Positions 38,629 to 45,003 of a stretch of DNA of 45,003 nucleotides are shown here, piece after piece. Made by a program: the position numbers and the translations under genes. Each line of letters starts with the position of its first letter. Within the stretch, counting starts at the first letter, position 1. The stretch is from an uncultured Eubacterium sp. (GTDB lineage Bacteria; Bacillota; Clostridia; Oscillospirales; Acutalibacteraceae), in the NCBI GenBank assembly GCA_905233805.1, contig CAJOER010000002.1, positions 1 through 45,003 of the forward strand, in the 5' to 3' direction. A model generated the notes under the pieces. The model saw only the letters and a list, made by a program, of their open reading frames with translations, was not told the DNA's origin and searched no databases.

Positions 38629-39249
38629 ATGACCAAAATAGTTTCAATCTCAATGGCAATAATCATTATGCTGACGGCAGGTGTAACGGCTCCGAAAACT
38701 CACGCCACAGTGCCGCAGACAATTACTTCAAGCGTAAAAGCGAAATCTTCTTCCCACACGAATAAAAAGAAGAAAAAGCATAAACACAGTATGCCGAAAG
38801 GCAATATGGGCAAATGGTTTAAGTCAAAGAAAGCGCTCAGGAAATATGTAAACAAGGTTATGAAAAAATACAGCCGTCAGTATGAGAACGGCGAAATCAC
38901 CTGAGACGAATATGTACGCCACTGTCCTTACGGTTACGAAGCGTGGTCGTGCTCGTGCGGTAAGTGGTCAGGCAACTTCAAATATCATAAGGTCAGGAGC
39001 ATAGACATAAAATACTACATAAAATATGCCAAGTCTTACGCAAAGCAAATCGGGCTTGAATACGATAAGACCGCAACGGACTGCTGGGATAATCCGATAA
39101 CCGTAACAACGAAAAACAAAAAGGCTGTTGAGCGGGATATCAAATCACGGCTTAATCGCTATAAGAATTTCGAAGGCTTTGAAGGAATATGCATCTGGGT
39201 GCATACTGACAGCAGCGATAAGTATCTGCTCTATATCGGATACTGTTAA
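38629..39249 (+). pseudogene. Secreted basic hypothetical protein interrupted by one in-frame TGA (38902-38904)
   Basis: AAGGAGG RBS, signal peptide; frame continues GEIT*DEYVRHCPYGYEAWSCSCGKW...LYIGYC to TAA 39247-39249. Confidence 0.75.
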
Positions 39250-39261
39250 GGCGGTGATAAT

Positions 39262-39522
39262 ATGACTGTACTTGAAAATCTATACAACGGCAATATTGAG
39301 CCAACGGATTCAGAGAGCCTGAAAAACAATATGCGGTACAAAGAAGGACTCAGACTTGTCGGCAGACTGCAGGAAGAATTGTCTGCAACGCTGAACGAAG
39401 AACAAAAAGCAATATTTGAAAAATATCTCACTGCGGCGAATGAATTATCCATTGTCATTAACGAAGAAACCTTCAAAACAGGCTACCGCCTGGCAACGCA
39501 AATAATGATAGAATGTATGTAA
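39262..39522 (+). CDS. Small hypothetical protein (DUF6809-like)
   Basis: LENLYNGNI.P...L...LNEEQK...F..G..LA pattern. Confidence 0.75.
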   Translation: MTVLENLYNGNIEPTDSESLKNNMRYKEGLRLVGRLQEELSATLNEEQKAIFEKYLTAANELSIVINEETFKTGYRLATQIMIECM

Positions 39523-39524
39523 AA

Positions 39525-39562
39525 GCCGCCCTGCTGCCTTGAACAGCAGGGCGGTATTTTCT
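39525..39562 (+). terminator. Intrinsic terminator
   Basis: CCGCCCTGCTG-7nt-CAGCAGGGCGG then TATTTTC. Confidence 0.8.
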
Positions 39563-39816
39563 TCAAAAAATAACCTTTTCAATTCACACACTTTTTCGTC
39601 AAAAAGTCCATGAAGCGGTTTTCGTGACAGTTTGGCGGTTCTGACAAATTTAAAAAGTGAGTGTTTGCAAGGGCTTCGGGACTTCGGACAGGCGAAAAAC
39701 CGAACTGATTCGATAGAAATTCTTGAAACAACCAGTACCCCGTCCGAAAAATTCTGGTCGGCTAATATGCCGATTTCACAGTAACAGCATAGAAAATTTA
39801 GCTTGAAATTATAATG

Positions 39817-39845
39817 TTGATAATTTTAAAACACTATGATATAAT
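39817..39845 (+). promoter_or_regulatory. Strong sigmaA promoter with extended -10
   Basis: TTGATA-17-TATAAT with TG at 39837-39838; predicted TSS ~39851-39852. Confidence 0.75.
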
Positions 39846-39850
39846 ATGAT

Positions 39851-39984
39851 TGCTAAATATCATTCAAATTAAATAAGCCCATCTGCTGTAATTTTGCAGC
39901 AACTACGTGCGTGTATTTTTATTATGTTAAAAATACAGGCTCTTATTCACGCATGTTTTTAGATGGGTTGAATGATGTTTAGCA
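39851..39984 (+). ncRNA. Putative structured ncRNA / leader (candidate RNA antitoxin)
   Basis: 17-bp closing stem 39851-39867/39968-39984, stems 39878-39884/39961-39967, 39885-39900, 39905-39913/39948-39956, 39912-39921/39928-39937; mismatches are G-U. Confidence 0.65.
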
Positions 39985-40039
39985 GCAAGTGAGCTATGTA
40001 TTTTATTGCGTAGCTTAACGGCTGCGCATTTTTTGTTTT
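39982..40039 (+). terminator. Terminator-like hairpin between structured RNA and HEPN gene
   Basis: GCAGC...AGCTATGTA-TTTTAT-TGCGTAGCT...GCTGC followed by ATTTTTTGTTTT. Confidence 0.5.
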
Positions 40040-40052
40040 GAGGGGTGAGAAT

Positions 40053-40598
40053 ATGGCAAAAAGAATGCCGCTAAAAAAATGCAAACACCAAGCGGAAAAC
40101 TACCATCCATATCTTGTCGTTCCTTTAAATGCAAAGGTTAAGAATTTCAATAGGATTGTTAGATACTTTCAGTATGAAGCACCTGAAATAGATTGTGTGC
40201 ACTCTTCTGGGCCGTTATTAGATGAACAAACAGTAAATGATATCTTTTCTGAAATGATGCAAAGAGCAAAAATGCAAAATCAATTTATTTTTATTCAAAA
40301 GCTTCAGCCCAACAGTTTGAACAGGTTTCATTTAGAAGGTAATAATATTTGTCTTAAGTGTCCTCGAATGGTGTGTAAAATAAGGAAAGATGAAACTGAA
40401 CTATCTGCTCTATTAAGACATATAAGAAACACTTTTGCACATGGTCGAACTTATGTAAAGGGAACTAAGAGCAACACATATATCGTTTTGGAAGATTTGG
40501 AAAGAATAAAAGGTAAAGAAAAAATCACAGCAAAAATAGTTGTTACTAAATCGATTTTGGAAAAATGGAAAGCGATACTTGAAAACCTAGTTTTATAG
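40053..40598 (+). CDS. HEPN-domain putative RNase (181 aa)
   Basis: ATG 40053 behind GAGGGG; LLRHIRNTFAHG gives R125-x4-H130, followed by beta strands and a C-terminal helix. Confidence 0.72.
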   Translation: MAKRMPLKKCKHQAENYHPYLVVPLNAKVKNFNRIVRYFQYEAPEIDCVHSSGPLLDEQTVNDIFSEMMQRAKMQNQFIFIQKLQPNSLNRFHLEGNNICLKCPRMVCKIRKDETELSALLRHIRNTFAHGRTYVKGTKSNTYIVLEDLERIKGKEKITAKIVVTKSILEKWKAILENLVL

Positions 40599-40644
40599 GA
40601 TAATTTATGAATATACATAGATAAAAATGAGGGGGTGAAATTAC

Positions 40645-40920
40645 GTGGGTTCGTTTAGGGGATGCATTGCTGTTCCGTTAGAAAACTACTGCAAAAAATA
40701 TCTTGACGGAAAATACAGCGCAGATGAAATCGAGTTAAGCGAGTTTTATGAAGCAATGCTATCAATAATTGATAAATTGAGTCTTAACGGCAAAGCAGAT
40801 ATTGAAGATTTCAAATCGAAGTATTTTGAAATACAAAAAAAGAGTTATACCGAGTTGAACTTAGAAGAATGTATTAAAATTTTTGAAGAATTTAAGAGAA
40901 TTACAGGAGTAAAGCTATGA
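40645..40920 (+). CDS. Small acidic helical hypothetical protein (possible immunity/antitoxin)
   Basis: GTG start behind GAGGGGG; 91 aa; stop overlaps next ATG (ATGA). Confidence 0.6.
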   Translation: MGSFRGCIAVPLENYCKKYLDGKYSADEIELSEFYEAMLSIIDKLSLNGKADIEDFKSKYFEIQKKSYTELNLEECIKIFEEFKRITGVKL

Positions 40921-43900
40921 AAAAATTTATAAGTTTATTTTTATCACTAATGATGCTGTTGAGCGTTACGGCGGGGCTGGATTTATCGGCTTATGCAGCG
41001 GATGATTTTACGGAAATCAGAACTGTAAGCGATTTATACAGAATCCGTTATGACCTTGACGGTAACTATATATTGATGAACGATATAGACTTAACCGCAG
41101 CTACCTCGGAAAACGGCGAATGGAGTTATAATAAACAAGGTTGGAGACCAATCTGCACAACAGATGGTAATGATATAATTACTGAAGGTTTTACTGGAGT
41201 TTTTGACGGAAACGGATATACCATTTCAGGATTAAACCTATCTTCGGTAGGTACAAAAGATTCGTCAAATAGAACCTATCCTGTTTCAGGACTATTTGCA
41301 ACAAGTTCTGGAACAATAAAGAACCTAACTATGTCCAATTTTGATTTTTCATTTAAAAATGGATATCATGCACCATTAGTTGCTATTAATTCCGGTAATA
41401 TTATCAATTGTAAATCTATTGATGGAACAATTGATGCAAAAGCTAACATAGGTTCAAATGAAAATGCCAGTTATACTGGAGGAATATGTGCAGTTAATAA
41501 TGGAACAATGAAATACTGTTATTCTAATTGTTCTTTAACGGCTACCGCATACAGCCATTATGTAAGTGGTCAAGGCTATTCTGTATATGCATATTATTAT
41601 CAAGGTGGTATTTCAGGAAGCAACAGTGGTAGCATTATCTGTTCATATTCACAATCGGAATTGCTGACCGTTGTTCCCCAAAGTGGTTATTCTATAGATG
41701 GTGGACGAGGTGGTATAACTGGAAGAGGGGGTAACATCCAAAACTGTTACAGTTTTGAAAGAATAAGTGGAAATGGAGGAGCCATTAGTACATCTTATTG
41801 TAGAAAAGGCACACCTGGTGGAACGGCAACCGATTGTTATTATTTGTCTGGACAAGGTTCTCAAGCAGGATGCACTCCTCTCACCGAAGAACAAATGAAA
41901 ATGGACTTTATGTATCAGGGCTTTGACTTTGATAACGTATGGTACATTGATGAAGACAGCGATTATCCTTATCCTCAGTTAAGGATACCGAACACAAAAA
42001 CAGTTGAAAAAATAACCATCAAAAAGCAGCCGAAGAAAACGGTTTATGTAACGAATGAAGCGATTGAAGCGGCTGATGGCGTTCTGAATGTAAAATACAT
42101 TGACGGAACGTTTGAAGACGTGCCGATGAAAGACGATATGCTTTCAGGCTATGATATTGCAACCGCAGGCACTCAGACCGTTATCGTTACATATGAGGAT
42201 AAAACGGCAACCTTTGATATTCTTGTTAAAGATGAAACTAATATTGATAGTTTAGTTATTCAGTCACAGCCGAATAAAACAACATTTGTTAAAGGCACAA
42301 AATTTGATTTTACGGGCTGCGTTGCAAGAATAACTTATTCCGATACAACTTATGATGATATTGATATTACAGCCGATATGACAAGCGGCGGCGATATTAA
42401 TACAGTAGGAACACAGACAATATCCTATTCAGTAGGCGGAAAGACCGCAACCTTTGACGTTGAGGTTGTTCCTGTTGTTATGGACAGAATTGTCGTTACT
42501 TCTGCTCCCGACAAGGTTGACTATCTTCCCGACGAAGAACTTGATACAACAGGTCTTGTTGTTAAAGCGGAATACAACAACGGAAAGATTAAGGAGATTA
42601 CAAACTATACGCTTTCCGGTTTCGGCGACACAAACGAGGTTAACCCGATAACCGTAAGCTACGATGAAAAAGAAACTACATTTAATGTTACTATTCATAC
42701 TCCCGATGAAGAATGGACAACAATAACAGAAGCAAACTGTACCGTTCAGGGAGAAAAGGTTAAGTATTGTAAAACCTGCGGTAATGTCGTTATTAGAAAT
42801 GTTGTTGACCCGAAAGGACATACGCCTGTAACAGACGATGCTGTTGCGGCTACCTGTACTAAGATAGGACTTACGGAAGGCAGTCATTGTTCTGTTTGCG
42901 GAGCTGTATTAACTGCACAGCAGGTAGTTAATGCCAAAGGACATAGCTATACATCAAAAACTTTAACGGCTGCTTCCTGTACGCAAAAGGGCATTAAATC
43001 ATATACTTGTTCAACCTGCGGCGACACTTATACAACAGAACTTGAGATGACAGCTCATACTATTGTTGATGACAATGCTGTTGCGGCAACTTGTACTAAT
43101 GCAGGCTTAACTGCAGGGCGTCACTGTTCTGTGTGCGGATATGTTATAGCAGCACAGGAAGTAGTTAACGCAAAGGGACACACTTATACATCCGTTGTTA
43201 CCACTCCTACTTGTAAGGACCAGGGATATACAACTTATACTTGTACAAACTGTGGTGAAAGTTATAAGGCCGACTTTACAGCCGTAACGGACAACCACGA
43301 TTACAAGTCAATAGTTACTATTCCCGCAACCTGTACTGCAAAGGGCGTAAAGACTTATACCTGTTCCATCTGCGGTGATAATTATACTGAGGATATTCCG
43401 GCTACGAACAATCATACTTATACAGAAATCGTTGTAACTCCTGCTTCTTGTACAACGACAGGATTAAAGGAATATACCTGTACGCTTTGCGGAGATAAAT
43501 ACACTGAAGTTATTTCAAAGGCGGCTCATACTCCCGAGATTGAAGCTGCGGTTGAGCCGAAATGTGAAACTACCGGTTTAACCGAAGGCAGCCGCTGTTC
43601 AGTTTGCGGTGCAGTTTTAGTAGAACAGCAGGTGCTGAAAAAAACAGGTCATACATTTGTTGAAAACGTAAGTGATGACGGCAAGATTAAAACAATTACC
43701 TGTTCAAATATTAACGGAGTTCATCCCGAGGAAAGAACAAAAACATTACCTTCAAGCACTTATCCCGAATCAGCGCACAATTATGCTAATAATACTTCCG
43801 TTACCTACCCATTTACATATGTAGGCGCAAAGAAGCTTGCTATTACATTCTCGTCTTCAACGAAGACTCAGGCAAGCTACGACTACATATACATTTACAA

Positions 43901-45003
43901 TAGCGCGGGTACTCAAATAGGCAAGTATTCTGGAACTACATTAGCTAATCAGACGATTACAATTTCGGGTGACAGCTTCAGCATTAAGCTCACTTCAAAT
44001 GCTTCAACCGTATATTACGGCTTCAGCCTTTCTTCAATCGTTGCAACATATGATGAAGAAGTCGGCACACAGTGCGATTACTGCCAAGAAATTGAGCTTG
44101 AACATGATTACAAAGAGGTTGTAACAACTCCTGCAACCTGTACTACTAAAGGTCTCAAGACTTTCACCTGTTCTTACTGTGGTGATAAGTACACGGAAGA
44201 TATTGATATGCTTGAGCATACGCCTGTAACGGACGCGGCGGTTGCGCCTACCTGTACAAAATCAGGATTAGCCGAAGGCAGTCATTGTTCGATATGCGGA
44301 ACTACTCTTGTTGAGCAGGATGTTGTAAAAGCAAAAGGACATACATATACAAGCGTTGTTACTGCTCCGACCTGTAAAGAGCAGGGATATACAACTTACA
44401 CTTGTTCGGTATGCGGCGACAGTTACAAGGGCGATTTTACAGCGGTAACTACAAACCACGATTACAAGTCAACAGTTACTACTCCCGCAACCTGTACGGC
44501 GAAGGGCGTTAAGACTTTCACCTGTTCAGTATGCGGCGATAAGTACACAGAAGATATAGATATGCTTGCGCATACGGCGGTTACTGATAAAGCAGTTGCC
44601 GCTACCTGCACAAAGTCGGGACTTACAGAAGGCAGTCACTGCTCGGTATGCGGTACTGTTATTGTTGAACAGACCGTAATTCCTGCAAATCAGCATCAGT
44701 ATACGCCTGTTGTAACTGCTCCGACCTGCAGAGATAAAGGCTATACAACATATACCTGCTCCGTTTGCGGTGATTCTTACAGAGCGGACTATACAGAAAA
44801 AACCAACGACCATGATTATAACGGCGTTGTAACAAAATTACCGACATGTACGGCAAAGGGAATAAAGACCTTTACCTGCTCCGTATGCGGAGATACATAT
44901 ACAGAGCCTGTTGAAAAGCTCGCACATACTCCTGCTGAAGCGGTAAAAGAAAATGAAAAAGCCGCAACCTGCACTGCAACGGGTTCATATGACAGCGTAG
45001 TTT
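40917..45003 (+). CDS. Very large secreted/surface protein: GLUG-like beta-helix, three Ig-like domains, His/Cys repeats, CUB-like domain (3' end beyond window)
   Basis: ATG 40917 behind AGGAG; MKKFISLFLSLMMLL signal; NYILMNDIDL..FTGVFDGNGYTISGL; Big_3-like repeats ~42000-42700; H..ATC..G...CSVCG repeats; PESAHNY..YDYIYIY..YYGF ~43760-44040; frame checked at several points to window end. Confidence 0.9.
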   Translation, partial: MKKFISLFLSLMMLLSVTAGLDLSAYAADDFTEIRTVSDLYRIRYDLDGNYILMNDIDLTAATSENGEWSYNKQGWRPICTTDGNDIITEGFTGVFDGNGYTISGLNLSSVGTKDSSNRTYPVSGLFATSSGTIKNLTMSNFDFSFKNGYHAPLVAINSGNIINCKSIDGTIDAKANIGSNENASYTGGICAVNNGTMKYCYSNCSLTATAYSHYVSGQGYSVYAYYYQGGISGSNSGSIICSYSQSELLTVVPQSGYSIDGGRGGITGRGGNIQNCYSFERISGNGGAISTSYCRKGTPGGTATDCYYLSGQGSQAGCTPLTEEQMKMDFMYQGFDFDNVWYIDEDSDYPYPQLRIPNTKTVEKITIKKQPKKTVYVTNEAIEAADGVLNVKYIDGTFEDVPMKDDMLSGYDIATAGTQTVIVTYEDKTATFDILVKDETNIDSLVIQSQPNKTTFVKGTKFDFTGCVARITYSDTTYDDIDITADMTSGGDINTVGTQTISYSVGGKTATFDVEVVPVVMDRIVVTSAPDKVDYLPDEELDTTGLVVKAEYNNGKIKEITNYTLSGFGDTNEVNPITVSYDEKETTFNVTIHTPDEEWTTITEANCTVQGEKVKYCKTCGNVVIRNVVDPKGHTPVTDDAVAATCTKIGLTEGSHCSVCGAVLTAQQVVNAKGHSYTSKTLTAASCTQKGIKSYTCSTCGDTYTTELEMTAHTIVDDNAVAATCTNAGLTAGRHCSVCGYVIAAQEVVNAKGHTYTSVVTTPTCKDQGYTTYTCTNCGESYKADFTAVTDNHDYKSIVTIPATCTAKGVKTYTCSICGDNYTEDIPATNNHTYTEIVVTPASCTTTGLKEYTCTLCGDKYTEVISKAAHTPEIEAAVEPKCETTGLTEGSRCSVCGAVLVEQQVLKKTGHTFVENVSDDGKIKTITCSNINGVHPEERTKTLPSSTYPESAHNYANNTSVTYPFTYVGAKKLAITFSSSTKTQASYDYIYIYNSAGTQIGKYSGTTLANQTITISGDSFSIKLTSNASTVYYGFSLSSIVATYDEEVGTQCDYCQEIELEHDYKEVVTTPATCTTKGLKTFTCSYCGDKYTEDIDMLEHTPVTDAAVAPTCTKSGLAEGSHCSICGTTLVEQDVVKAKGHTYTSVVTAPTCKEQGYTTYTCSVCGDSYKGDFTAVTTNHDYKSTVTTPATCTAKGVKTFTCSVCGDKYTEDIDMLAHTAVTDKAVAATCTKSGLTEGSHCSVCGTVIVEQTVIPANQHQYTPVVTAPTCRDKGYTTYTCSVCGDSYRADYTEKTNDHDYNGVVTKLPTCTAKGIKTFTCSVCGDTYTEPVEKLAHTPAEAVKENEKAATCTATGSYDSVV
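42700..45003 (+). repeat. Intragenic tandem His/Cys (TC..G..CxxCG) repeats with 354-bp higher-order period
   Basis: AAGAC(T/C)TT(C/T)ACCTG at 44157, 44511, 44865; related copy ~43170-43390. Confidence 0.85.

Noticed and set aside
38902-38904. Genome-wide TGA reassignment
   Set aside because: TGA terminates many genes at expected ends (9343, 16189, 30401, 36152) and RF2 is intact
39851-39984. Retron msr-msd (a1/a2-like terminal inverted repeat)
   Set aside because: No reverse transcriptase (YADD) gene nearby
39790-40050. CRISPR array or classical ToxI tandem repeats
   Set aside because: No direct repeats visible; structure is from inverted repeats only
41649-44856. Short ORFs listed in the last 3.3 kb
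   Set aside because: All lie within the single open + frame starting at 40917
42700-45003. Multiheme cytochrome (many CxxC)
   Set aside because: Motifs are CxxCG, not CxxCH

Overview
45-kb chromosomal window from a Bacillota (Clostridia; gene order and content suggest Oscillospirales/Ruminococcaceae-like, by inference). 1-38.4 kb is mostly housekeeping and cell-envelope genes (coaX, iscS-thiI, capD-like, tadA, galU, prfB, pdaA-like, mreBCD-mrdA, mgsA, hisS-aspS, yfbR-like), interspersed with secreted BspA-type LRR proteins, two glycoside hydrolases (GH30, GH27) and an ECF sigma/LRR anti-sigma module. From about 38.45 kb an accessory, partly AT-rich region begins. Its most notable element is a compact locus: near-consensus sigmaA promoter (39817-39845), a ~135-nt multi-stem RNA starting at the predicted TSS with a possible pseudoknot (39851-39984), a terminator-like hairpin (39982-40039), a 181-aa HEPN (RxxxxH) protein and a small acidic ORF. 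This resembles type III/AbiF-like RNA-antitoxin systems but with a different, smaller HEPN toxin. Also notable: a doubly deleted mreB, a sortase B homologue lacking catalytic residues, a gene with one in-frame TGA, and two large ORFs that run off the window ends and are missing from the ORF track. All family assignments are by eye from motifs; no searches were run.
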